DNA of 64,000 nt from Minutocellus sp. GHC0000111 (lineage: Eukaryota). Shown in pieces: positions 12,101 to 23,700 of this stretch. Location of the stretch: contig OZ361256.1 of assembly GCA_977018835.1 (NCBI GenBank), positions 4,712,001-4,776,000 of the forward strand. Direction: 5' to 3'. Positions within the stretch are counted from its first letter, which is position 1. Each line of letters starts with the position of its first letter. A program made the translations under genes and the position numbers. Below the pieces are notes generated by a model, which saw only the letters and a list, made by a program, of their open reading frames with translations, did no database searches and was not told where the DNA came from.

Positions 12101-13384
12101 TCAGTTACGACGCGAGCTACCACCGCAAGGATTGCACTTGGTGGCGTTATCAACGTGGTTGGGCCCTTTGCAAGTGCATTCAAAGCTGGGGTGGTTGGAC
12201 GAATAGCCGCACGTGTGGCAATAATGGCCTCCGGGGAGGATCGACTGCAGTTCCCGCTTCTCCTGGCGGTTGAGGTTAGGACCTTGGCCTGGGAAGTGGC
12301 CGGCGCCGTTCTGCTGGCCACCGCCGCGGTAGCCTCCACTGCCACCAGTGTGGTTGCGTCCCTCACGCAGAACGCGCTTCTCGGCCTTGAGTGAAGCCAT
12401 TTCTTGGCGAAGTTTGGCAATGGTATCATCCTTCTCGTTGCTCTTTTTGGCGAGGTTCGCCATCATGGCTTGGTTGGTCTTGAGGGCTTCGGTGGTATCA
12501 GCCAAAAGGAGATCGGCTCGAGAAAGAAATGGATCGTCCGAGGCCGATGAGGCCAAATTCGCGCCATGATATCCTGCCGCTTCGGTGGTGGTATTGGCCA
12601 TCTTCTGATCATACCAATCGCGGAAGTCCGACTGCATGTTGGCCCACGTGCGTTCGGCCTCCGGTCTGTCGTCCCAGTCCTCGCATGCCTTCTTTGCCAA
12701 TGAGAACCTGCGCACGGAGCGGTAGAACTTGGAGACCTTTTGCTTGTTGGTGAAGGGTTCGCCGGCCGTTTCAAACGCCTTGAAGACTTTGTTGAACATG
12801 GCGATGTGGGTGTCGATGGGTCCCCCGTCGCACTGCTTCTCGAGCTGCTTCTCTAATTCCTCCTTCTGAGTCTCGTTGAATTTCAAGTAGCGATCGGTAA
12901 TGCTGTCGATGATTTGGCGGATGGTGACTGGCTGGAAACCGAGCATGTCATCTTCGAGATGATTGATGTAGACGGCGTCGATCGAGTCGAGGAGGAGATT
13001 CTTGAGCGCCGTGTTGACTTGCTCGTACAAGTTGTAGTGGCCCTTTTCGATGTAATGTCCCCGGATTGCACGATCGCGTTGGTCTAGATTGGCCACGGCG
13101 GGAATGGTGGGGCTGGGGCCAGGATTTGCCGGAGGCACATGTGGTCGGCCGTTACTTTTGGTGGTGCATTCGGCATCGCTGACGACGAGGCCCAAATGGC
13201 CGAGGTTGTTATGGTCATTGCACCCTGCTGGAATGCTGGCCGCCGCTTGTTGAAGTTCCTTGAGCGCTTTGGCAACACGCTCGCGTTGGGGAGGTTGTCC
13301 TGGGTCATTCATACGTGTGATTAACTTGGTGGGGAGAATCGGCGCTGCGCCGAGAGGTTGGCCAAAAACTGCGTCGGGATTCAT
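12101..13384 (-). CDS. Copia gag with C-terminal zinc-knuckle-like motif
   Basis: GHLGLV, PANPG and YCHTCGYSSNHPSFEC..KGPNH...AT..N..GGS; located between the 5' LTR and pol. Confidence 0.88.
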   Translation of the reverse strand: MNPDAVFGQPLGAAPILPTKLITRMNDPGQPPQRERVAKALKELQQAAASIPAGCNDHNNLGHLGLVVSDAECTTKSNGRPHVPPANPGPSPTIPAVANLDQRDRAIRGHYIEKGHYNLYEQVNTALKNLLLDSIDAVYINHLEDDMLGFQPVTIRQIIDSITDRYLKFNETQKEELEKQLEKQCDGGPIDTHIAMFNKVFKAFETAGEPFTNKQKVSKFYRSVRRFSLAKKACEDWDDRPEAERTWANMQSDFRDWYDQKMANTTTEAAGYHGANLASSASDDPFLSRADLLLADTTEALKTNQAMMANLAKKSNEKDDTIAKLRQEMASLKAEKRVLREGRNHTGGSGGYRGGGQQNGAGHFPGQGPNLNRQEKRELQSILPGGHYCHTCGYSSNHPSFECTCKGPNHVDNATKCNPCGGSSRRN

Positions 13385-13680
13385 GCTGGTGTTTCAGTCA
13401 GCGAAGACAGGCAGCACGGCGGTGTTGCTGCGAGACGTGTGATCGACAGAAGGTTCGATCCAGAGAAGTGTGATCGATTGGATGGGTCGATCTGGTCAGG
13501 ACTTTCGGGGAAGGGATTGGATCGTCGTTCCAATATTGTCGAAAGAAACGGTCGTTTTGGCCGATTGAAGATGGGTCGGTTTTTCTTGCGTGACGAGTGA
13601 GAACCAACCCAAGAGACAAACCGGTGAGGTGCGAACCGAAATGGGGCGAGCACGGGTGGAAAAGATGTATCACGTAGGTC

Positions 13681-13878
13681 TGCTAAGAGGTCCTAAAGCT
13701 AAGCTAGATAGATATAGCTAGTAGAGGTTAATAGGACCTACGTAGATGAAAAATGGGCCATCGGAGATGTCGTTGGCCCATGGATCAACGGTCAGGAGAG
13801 AGGGCACTGAGTCAGTGGTCTGATCACCGTACGCACCGTACGTATGTATACGTACGTACGTATCCCACGGTGTCAACA
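13681..13878 (-). repeat. 5' LTR (198 bp)
   Basis: Differs from the 3' LTR by a 2-bp AG indel and 4 substituted bases. Confidence 0.97.
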
Positions 13879-13883
13879 CTTCT

Positions 13884-16800
13884 GCTGTTGGCTCACTGTG
13901 GCGTTTCTTCACTTTGCGCTCTCTCACCCTGGCGTGCGCAATCTTGACTGACTGGGGGCAGCACGAGTCAGAAAGAAAGTTGTTGAACTCTTTGATCCAT
14001 TGCTCTTTGCTTAGCCGGGGAGGTGTTGATGCTCTCCATGGCCTGTGCACTAGCAGCGTCATTCTGGCATAGTCCTTAGTGAGTGTGACTGGGAATGTTG
14101 GTGGTTGCCCCCTCCCTCCTATCCAAATGTGGAATGACAGCTTTCTCAGTGTTCTTGCTGCCAATTTGTTGTTGGAACAGGGTTCTTGGCAGCTATTTTT
14201 CTGTATTTGGCAACCAGTCCATTGTGGGTGTCTGATGTGAGCTTGTAGCTGCCGGGGACAAACTAATTGATTGATGATGACTCGATGGTCTCCGTGCACA
14301 GGATCAAGGGAAGCTTGTCTAGCTCCACCATGCACTCTTGTTTTGGCACAAGTCTGCTGACCACGGCTCTGTTGAGCAGCTTCCTGGCCAATGTGATTAC
14401 ATCATCAACATGCACTGGAAGTCGAATCAGGGGATTGAGCATGCGCGTTACAGCGTGAAAATGACACAATGAACGGAAATAGACGCGGGATCAGATTCTT
14501 TTTGAATACTCGCGGGTATTCAAATGGAATTGGTCCCGTTTTGGCACATTTGCATCCAACGCAGCACTCACCGATTGACGATGGCTGAAATAGTGTCGCG
14601 TTCGGTGGCCAGTGTCTCGTTTCCTTTGCATGCGTAAGCGACAACATAATCGGTAACTTCGGCTATGTCCTCTGGCGTTGGTTCGCTGTCGTGACAGTCG
14701 TACAATAACACTTTGATATCACAATTGCCACGCCATCCTCTCAGAACGTTGAGTGGGGTCTGAATCATGCGAAGGTTGTTCCGCTTCATTTCGAGCTTCA
14801 GGAAATCACGATCATCACGGGTGATGGCTTGGTCTGAACGTAATTGGAATCCTGGTGTATCGCAAGCATTTGGGGTCTTCTCGTATCCTGTTCCGGCACG
14901 GCAATATCGTCGTTTATCTGGTTTTGCGGTGCTTGAATTCGTCTCGTGTGTGCTGGGAGGGGAATTTGCTGATTCTTTATTTTTCTTCGCACGATGGTTT
15001 CGCATGCAGTAGCTCCCGCATTTATGATGTTGGCATTGAAAACAGAGTCGAGCCTCGTCCTTACGATAGTCGGAAACCTCGCCGAGACGTTGTTTGCTTG
15101 CTCCCATGTTACCGCTTTCGTCAGCAGGCCTGTCGAGAAAGGAGGAAGAGGGATCATGAGACCTTGTCGCGTCTGATCATGTTGGTTTTTGATTCAATTT
15201 GCACATATACTCACTCGCTATTCCTGTCGATGGATGAAGTCATGCCGAAGACCCGTTCTGCCCAGTCCCCAACGAGTTTGGCCTGATCGGCGTGACTTCT
15301 GCCTCCGTCATTTAGCTGGTCCTGGAGGTCTCTTGTCATGGTCTTGTCCAATATACCAAGAAGATGGATGTGTATCTGCCCCCGTCCTTTGGCAAATTCC
15401 ATTCGGCCCCAATAATATTTTATGCCGAGTAATTCCTTTCCGACGGTGTTCAAGAAATTCTCTGCACGTTTGATGAAATATTGTTGAATTACGAGGGCAT
15501 AGTCATTGACGGCTCTGTTTCGATCGACCCTATTATTGCTGAGGTCAATCTTCCGTCCGTCGCGAAAGCATCGATTTCCGTTTACGATTTTCCTCCCTTC
15601 CGCGATCCATATGCGTTCTTCTAGGAGCCGTATTGCATCCGGCCAAAAATATTCCGCACAGGAGAGGGTCATGAATATGTCTGGCGCTCCGTGATTGGCT
15701 TCTATGTGGTGAGAAATCCATGTGTATAATTTTGAGCGTTCTGACCGCCAGTATGAATCTGATCCACGAACTCGCTTGCTGTAGAAAATGAGTTTGCTAA
15801 CAAAGGAAGAGTCGCCCTTCCTTAGCTGTTCCTTCAATTCATCGAGAGATTTGGGCGGATCGCTGATGTGATTGTTGATGAAGTATCCTCCGCTAGAATT
15901 GTTACGATGTCTTTGGCAGTAGTTATACACAAAAAATCCCCAGAGCTTGTCTCGCTGAAATCTTCCATCGGCCTGCCGTAGAAGATGTTGTGCCCAATTT
16001 GCTACGTCTGTCTGATTCACGGTCAAGATCGCGGAAATCACCTGTTCCTCCCGGGAAAAGCCAAGGGAATGCATTCGTGAAGATGCGTACATTGGAATAT
16101 TCCGAAATGGCATCGGGATAGCTGGTCTGTGGCCAATCAAGCTTTGATACGTCGCTCTGCTCGCCTGCTGCCTCCTTCAAAGCATTTATCATTGCTTCTT
16201 GATTTTCGTGGGTGAGCGATGTTGCCTCTTTACACGAGAAACCTGAGCATTCCTCTTCATCATTATCAATCATCAGGGGATCGATACATTGGGAATTGGA
16301 CACCCCAGTCTCCTCGGTATCAGCGAGACTATCATTTTTTTCGGTGTGCACTATGTCAGTAACGGATAAGAGATCAGCCTCATCTATCCCGGCGGGCATC
16401 CAGTCAAGATTTGTTTCATCAATAGTCAATTCACCGTTCTCGTAGGCTTGCCTATAATCAGAGTGGTGCTTTACGAGCCAGAGGAGAGCATTCATGACGC
16501 GACGACGATTCACTGTGTACATTGTCGTGACCGGAAGACCGTCGCTATTTTCGTGAGTTCGAATCATCCGTATTGCTTTGACTTGGTGAGGTAATTTTGG
16601 GAGCGACGAAGCTAGATCTTCGATATTTTGCATAAAGGAGCAAACGTGCCCCTTTATTCCAAGATTGCCATTTTTTATGTGATGTATTGGCACGAGCGGT
16701 GAGACGCGCTGGATCAATAATTTCTCGGCAATAGTGAGGCATTCTAGTTCCGGAGGAACCTCTAGATGCTCCTTACCCTCATCATCAATCCACAGTGGGA

Positions 16801-17323
16801 TCATGGCATTTTCTTTCGTATAATCATTTTTCGTCCGTTTATTTGCACACCTTCGACAGACATTATTCTTGTTTACAGTCATATCAATGCTGCACTCATT
16901 GCACAAAGAGCAAACATCATGGTGAAGTTGCATCATTCTCGATTCAAATCGCATGAGCGATTCGAGTACCTTCTGTTCGGCATAGGTTGATGCTCGGAAT
17001 GCTTGGCGATTAATTGCGTACATATCTTCCTTCCTGAAGTGGGCGTCTCTTTTCCTCCTCGCTGCCGATATTACCTTGGTGGCTTGCCCAATGGCGATTT
17101 TGTACTTGTCATTGTTCAGTGCACGATATGGATCGCAAGCACTCAAATCAACGTCCAACTCTATTGCGTCTTCCCATAGCTGCTGCACATGAAGAGCATC
17201 ATAGTCGCGAAGACGGTCATGATGCGGTGGCTTTATGTTCATCCTGGGTATGCTCTCCTTCCTTTTAATTTGTTCTAAGTGTCGTCTAGCATTTTTCAGT
17301 CGCTGCTTTTCTTGTTTTGATAC
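13884..17323 (-). pseudogene. Helitron Rep (DUF6570-like plus HUH/Y2 endonuclease), several frameshifts
   Basis: LTIAEKLLIQRVSP...IKGHVCSF, AFPWLFPGGTGD, RGSDSYW, FMTLSCAE..WPD (motif 1), RMEFAKGRGQIHIHLL (HUH) and YVVAYACK (Y2 motif). Confidence 0.9.
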
Positions 17324-17419
17324 CTGTTCATTGTGTAAAAAATAATTTTAAAATTGAAAGTTAGCGTGCTAGCAGTAAGGGGCTGTGATCATCAGCTAGT
17401 GTAGCTTCTTTTTGAATAC

Positions 17420-18604
17420 CAGGGGGTATTCTTTCGGAACCAAGCCATGAATCGGGTGATTGGTATTTTCCTGATTTTGCCTCCGCTTGAGATTGCCGGT
17501 GTGTGGAACGCAGACGCCACCGCGAAGACGAATGTTTGCCATCACAGTTGATCCATTGTGCATTCCTGTCTCCCACAACTTTGCCTTTGTGTGCTCTAGT
17601 AGCTTTGACCCAAACGTCGTGTACACGTCAGATGGCGACACCGGCAGTTGAGTTGCCAGCATTGCTGCCACTCTGCGATGTAAATCAATGCAACTTTCTT
17701 CCTTGCTAGCCGGCGTGGCGATGACTGAGCCATCAGGGCACTTAATGAAGATCACCCACTCTTGGTCTTTTTTGTCAATTGCGTCCACTGTGCATCCATT
17801 GCTCAACCCCAAGCAGCAGAGTGGCAGGGGACAGTCGTATCGGTTCCCATCATAAAGAGAGTCAATGTCCACTGTGCCCCGTCCTGCTAGCTTCTCAGTG
17901 GCAAGCACAACTTGAAGCCACAAGTTCCGCCCACTGCAGGTCCTTTTCACCTTGACCTCAAATGGCGATCCAAAGGGTGACCGGACCTTGATTGACCAAA
18001 CTTCTTTGGGGCCGGCAACCAAGCTGGCAGACAGCCTCACCAGGCATGGGCTGTGCGCTGCTGGCATCAGCTTCATCCTGAGGGAAGCCCTTGCCAGCCC
18101 ACGCTTTAGCGTCTGGTGCAAAGAGCAAAAGCTCATCTTTTCCTTTACCTTCTTGTCCATGAAAAAATAGCTAAACCCCTTTGATGGCACACCAAGAGGG
18201 CTGACTTCAAGCACCAAGCACCAAGATGGGGCTGTCACAAAAACTGAGGGCTTTGCAACAGTGTTCCCTGTGTTGCTCAGCTCCACTGTGCTCCCAATCT
18301 CGGCAACATTTAAGGAAACAATGCAGCTTCTCATCATCTTGAAGAGCCTCCTGTGTTGCTGGAACACGCTGGTTGAGCTGCAAGCCATTGACACCTCGTC
18401 AACACTAGGCGAGTGCACGAGCACAGGGAGTTGACACAGCAATTGCTTTTTGAGGCCTGAAAGGGGGGGAAGAACAGACTTCTCCTGTCTGGCATCACTG
18501 ATAGAGATGCCATGTGTGCCAAAACTGGAGGTGAAGAACACAAAAATGAGTGAGAGGTGCACTAGCAGAAGTTGAAGCACACAGTGAGGAGCAAACAGGT
18601 GCAA
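17420..18604 (-). pseudogene. Tandem ubiquitin-like domain exon(s), probably spliced in frame to Helitron Rep via a 96-nt intron (17324-17419)
   Basis: IFIKCPDGSVI...FGSKLL...LWETGMHNGSTVMANIRLRGG. GT donor at 17419, CTAAC branch point, pyrimidine tract and CAG acceptor at 17324; same frame as the Rep ORF. Confidence 0.65.
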
Positions 18605-18629
18605 ACAAGAGGGGCTTTTTTGATCACTA

Positions 18630-20489
18630 CGAAGTCCGTTTCGCGAGAAATCGAGCGCAGGGTCGGGACCAAAACAGCGACTTTTTGGGCCCTCAACCGC
18701 CTGAATCTTAGATCTACCGGCATTGAATACATGTACAATGCAAAGTACATGTATTGCAGCAGCTAGTATCCAGATCTACAATCCAATCTAGTATTATTAC
18801 ACATAATATAACTTAAAAGCACCGCAGGACTAATTATCCATGGTTGGATCAGCAGGAGGAGGAGGAGCGATAATTTTCCCATCTATCCGAACCATGCCAT
18901 TTTCAGTCGGCCTGAAATCCTTTCGCACCCCAACATGAATGCCTTCACCGTTTCCAAGAAAATCATTGTTGCCTTTTGCAACGATTACCTTCTTTGCAAT
19001 TCTATGAGCCTGGATGTATGCCGATGCGATCTTCCAGTTTTCCAGCCCCATCCAAACTTCCTCCGCTGCATCCCAAGTCTGATCCTCTGTCAAAACCTTC
19101 AGCCCCTCCCGATCGCGGCACAACATTGTATGCTGCTTTGACATGCAAGGGAAAACAGACAGATCAAGAACATTCATATGGGGCATTTGCGGGGCCTGAG
19201 GTTCCCAACGCCATCCCTTGTCCCGACAGTATCCTTCCACATATTCCACAAATTCAGTCTCGGCATGGGGCCCAGCATTGTCGCCCTGGAAAATAGGGAC
19301 ATAGCCTTCAAACTTTCCGCCAGGTCCGACCAAAGCCTCAACATCCGGAAATATCTTGTTCTCAAACAAAGCTTTCAGTGGGAACTTGGGATTATCAAGG
19401 GTGCCATGGCTGCATCCAGTCACCGCGCAATCCACAAGGTATAGATCGTCTTTCTTCCGAACCACCGGGCCGCAATATTTGATTCTACCATCTGCCTGCC
19501 GCACCGCCTCCCTTACCATCTGCCTCGCAATTTTATGCGCCTGAGCCCGAAAAAGTCCAAGCTTGAACGCAATGCCGCCATTCTCAATGCTGTCAATAAA
19601 AGCCAAGGCAGTGACAGCCACCACCATGCACTTGTTGATGTGATTCTGGTGATATGCCGAGAAGGACCGAGGATCAATACCCAATTCTGCAACTTGCTTG
19701 GCATACGATCGAAGAACCAAGCCCCAAAACCACTTCTCATCGAACATAACAAGGAGAAACTTGCCACCGCCGAGCCCCCAATTGTTTCGGAATTTCCGCG
19801 CAAATGCCAAATGTTTCTCCATCTGATGTGTAGTAAGGAGAGGGATGATCCTTTCAGCATAGTACCGGAACCCTTCCCGCGACATTATCCACCGCCGTAT
19901 TGCCGAGTAGGAACACCAAAAGTTGACATCCACCTCCAGCTCCCGCCAAGATTCCCGAGGATTTCGTATCAGAGCATCAACAATAACATCTCGAATGTAT
20001 GGCTGCATAGCCAGATGAGATCTCCTCTTCATCTCCCACATCGCCTTCTCAGATGCAGGTAGAGCACCATACGCCTTCATCCATCCCGAAAATCGTGCGC
20101 ACCATGCTCTGCGCTGGACAGCACCGAATAGTCCACCTTTGCCTGCTCCCTGCACTTGGCAATTGCAAAGAGACATGGTGCAGTATACCGCCGGGTCGCC
20201 GTTGCAAGATCGTCGATGACAGAACGGAAGGCGGCCGAATCAGATGAATCATCGGCACTCGTTGGGAAGCAGTATACCGGTCCAAGTGCGACGAACGCGT
20301 CCATTTGATTAGAGCCGCTGAAATCTAAAGTCTTATCCGAATTATTGTTTCACATGAAGATAAATCAAAATTAGAGTAAAAATAGCCATTTTCTTAAATA
20401 TTTCAGCATGACTATTCTTCGAGGCGCTTTTCAATCCCCTCGAAAGCAGTCAAAAACCGGGCGCTCGATTTCTCGCGAATCTGACCTCG
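18630..20489 (-). mobile_element. Complete Tc1/mariner-like DNA transposon (1860 bp) with 29-bp TIRs and TA TSD
   Basis: TA|cgaagtccgtttcgcgagaaatcgagcgc (18630-18658) and gcgctcgatttctcgcgaatctgacctcg|TA (20461-20489) match at 26/29 as an inverted repeat and enclose the transposase. Confidence 0.93.
18830..20304 (-). CDS. Mariner-like transposase (DD38D spacing), possible HMG-like N-terminus, frameshift near 20110
   Basis: MFDEKWFW, FQGDNAGPH and QAPQMPHMNVLDLSVF; ATG at 20304 is in a different frame from the main ORF. Confidence 0.85.
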
Positions 20490-20701
20490 TATGTAGTTTG
20501 ATTACAGTTTTTGATTTTTTGATTGCAAAATGGGGTCTGACTGAATTTGTGACTGAGTGTTTGACCTCCTTCATGACTTTTGCGCTTAACGTTTTTCATT
20601 TTTTTGACAGTGGTTTGTGTTTGTGTTTGTGTTTGTGTGTACGTACAACAGTAAAGCGGCACGTGGTCGAGTGTTCAGGACCCAAGGTACTGCATTATGT
20701 C

Positions 20702-23700
20702 ATGCTGTCAGCAGGAAGCTATGAAGAAGCCGATAAATACATCCAGGAAACTATTGAAAAGGGAAGAACAGAGGAGAATTGGAACCAGGATTATCATGAC
20801 GAGTGCTCAAAAATTGCCGAAGGCTTGGCAAAAGACATTGCGAGCATCGAATCATTCATAGAGAAGGACAAGAATAGTGAGATCGAAGGGTAAGTGCTGA
20901 TTTTTATTTTCTGGTTAAATACCAAGAGGTATTCAAACAGAATTTGAACACTCACGAATATTTCCTCTCTTTGCGCATAGGGAACCTCTTCTTCGAGACT
21001 TGGACCGACACACACAGGGATGAAAAGAACTCACTGTGTGTCGTGCGGGCGCGGCATGACATGGTGATTTACTTGTCTCGCCGTCGTCTCGGATCAACCT
21101 TTCCAACGTCAATGAGTTACAATTATATTGGTTGCAACATTGATGGCCAGCACCGTGGTCTCGCATCGTGGATGAAAACATTCGGTTTGCCATATGGTGA
21201 TGATAGCAATCGCTCCTTTGACGTGACCAACCCGACGCTGCGGAAGCAAATGGAATGCTACCATAATCAAGGATCCAACGTGTTGCACGCTGATTCACAG
21301 ATCCTCGACAAGGTCAATGTCACGGTTCTTCATTTCACACGAGATGTAGACCACCTCAGAGCAGTCAGTGACCTTAATGCTCGTGCTGCTCAGCAATCAT
21401 CGGGACAAACCAATTTCTCGCAACTCAGCAACATGCTCAAAGATCTCAATGCTGCCAGCCAGGCCAAGGAAATTAAGCATCACACCGTAGAATCATGTCT
21501 CATGGAGAGTGGTGGTACTCTCGAAGGAACACTCATGTCCGTTAGGGGGGCAGCGGCTTTCGCCCTCGCAAAGAATCTAACTGCGACCTCGCTCTGGGGA
21601 AGAGAAGAAATCTCGAAGGTAAAGACAAATGGCGATGAAGTAACGCCAGAAAAGAAACTCGAAATGGTGGTAGCGCAGATCAAGCTTCTGGCTCGAGGAT
21701 ATCAAAAGGATCCCGTTCTTTGGCATAACGCAATTGGTCACAGAATATCGTATGGAGTTCACAAATTCGAGGCCCCGAAGCAAAAGAGCACCTTCACGCT
21801 GACCAAAGAAATCAGAGGAACACTTGATCTTGCATCGATGATGGCCCTCAACCCCTCCGCCCTCATCACCTTCCAAATGGCACTTTCTCAGGATCCAAAG
21901 ATGGCTTCGTACAGCAAGCTTGAACTTATATGGGCGTTTCTGCGGAACGTGGCATCAACTATCGCCGGGAGACAGAGCAAAGGCGCAAGAGGAACAAAGA
22001 AGCTCAAGGGAGTGATCGACAGCACCCTCGATAATCTGCCGACATATAAATTGGAGGCCATCAGGAATCACATCTTCTACAATGCTCTGTCAGAAATAAC
22101 CAAGGAATTCACCGAAGTTGCCCTGGCGACCAAAGGATTCACGACGGTTGAGGTCTCAAACTGGTCGGCAGAGAAATCGATGCTAGTGCAGGGATATCGA
22201 GCTTATCAGAATGATCGTCACAACGAAGCATCGGCCGAGAAAAGAGATCACATGACAGATACGATCCTTGCCACAGCCTACAAGAACAGGACAGAGTGGA
22301 CGTCCAGATCGAATTCTCCCCCAACGGACGTGCTATCATTAGCAATGGCTACATACGTCTCCGTGCTGAGGGAAGCACTAGACGCAGGATATCTGCAGAG
22401 CGACGCAATGAAGAAGAGAATCAAGGATCTCAAGAACGAAGACGATTGGTTCCTCTTCTCGTCGTCAACGATGAGACGAGATCAGATTCCAACGGACACC
22501 GACCTCGACGATAAAACTTGCATTGTTGGATTCAAGTCAACAAGTGACGAGATATTGTACCTCAGGAAAGAATTCCGATTCGCAGCCATGGTGAGACTGC
22601 TAATTGACGAGCCCGCTGAGGAGGACAAGAATGATCCCAATCTTGCTCAACGATTATGGAAAGCCAAAGATCCAGGGTCAAAAGGTACGATATGAATAAT
22701 TGAAGCTCGCCTCTTCCTTTTGAATACCCCGTGGTATTCTTCGATAATTGCTCTTTCCTGGTATCCCTTACTCAAATTTAATATTTCTATTTTCCAATCG
22801 ACAGCAGCCAAACGACGACGATCGCCTACACCAACGTCAAAATTAACAACAAAACCAACCAATGCAGATAACAGTGCAAGGCAAAATGCTGACGACGCGA
22901 ATGAGAATCAAGATAATTCCGAGGAACAAGTCGGGGGCCAAGACCAGTCAAGACGAGCAAAAAGAATGTGAAGTCATCACCGCGACAAAATGAGGAAGTA
23001 GTCGCAGGTGATGCCGCTCAAGAGTCGCCACCGGCCCGTGATACTAGCCATAGTCCCAAAATGCAACAAGTTATAAGGTACGCCAAAGCACTCCGTGATG
23101 GTGATGCAAATCCCCACAGCAACCGTAGGAAAATGGAAGAAAAGGATACGATCAAAGACGTGACCGTCGGGGTGATGACCGCTGCTGCCGAGGAACTGAG
23201 ACATGATCCGTTCAGGAAACGTAGTAAGAGCGACCTGAAGAAGTTAGTCCAAGAAAATCCAAACGACGTGGTGACAATCCTCACCCACCTAAACAAATGG
23301 AGAAGAGCGTTGGCAAAGGACCTCAACGCCACAGCAAAAAGGATCAAGTCGCCCAGAGTCAAAATGGTGACTCCCCACTCCTTCTCGGAGCTAGGAATGT
23401 ATGAAACGCAGGACTCGTCCCAAACACCAACTTCAGCTGGGACTAGTGATATTGCTGTCCAAGATCAAAATGGAGATCATGCTTCCCCTGTACAAAATCG
23501 AAATCTTGGAAATGATCTGAACAATGAAGAGGCAAAATCCAATGGTGATGAAGATAGTCCTTCAGGTATATGATTACATATTAGAGAAATAATTTTATAT
23601 ATTATATATGAGCACGTGCCCAATAAAATACCACCCTAAGATGAACATAGCACGTGCACATAAAACGGAGAGATGAAGACCACACTCACTTATGCAGCAT

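Larger units (their letters stand above)
7667..13878 (-). mobile_element. Full-length Ty1/Copia (CoDi-like) LTR retrotransposon with 5-bp TSD CTTCT (7662-7666 / 13879-13883)
   Basis: Two near-identical TG...CA LTRs, exact TSD, gag then PR-IN-RT-RNaseH order, and a PPT next to the 3' LTR. Confidence 0.97.
6300..18604 (-). mobile_element. Decayed Helitron-type rolling-circle transposon (Ubl-Rep-Helicase), interrupted by a Copia insertion; termini not defined
   Basis: Collinear minus-strand DUF6570-like region, Helitron Rep motifs and PIF1 helicase motifs. The frame is continuous across the Copia TSD (KRHSEPTAE|DEECCDYEAH). Confidence 0.85.
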
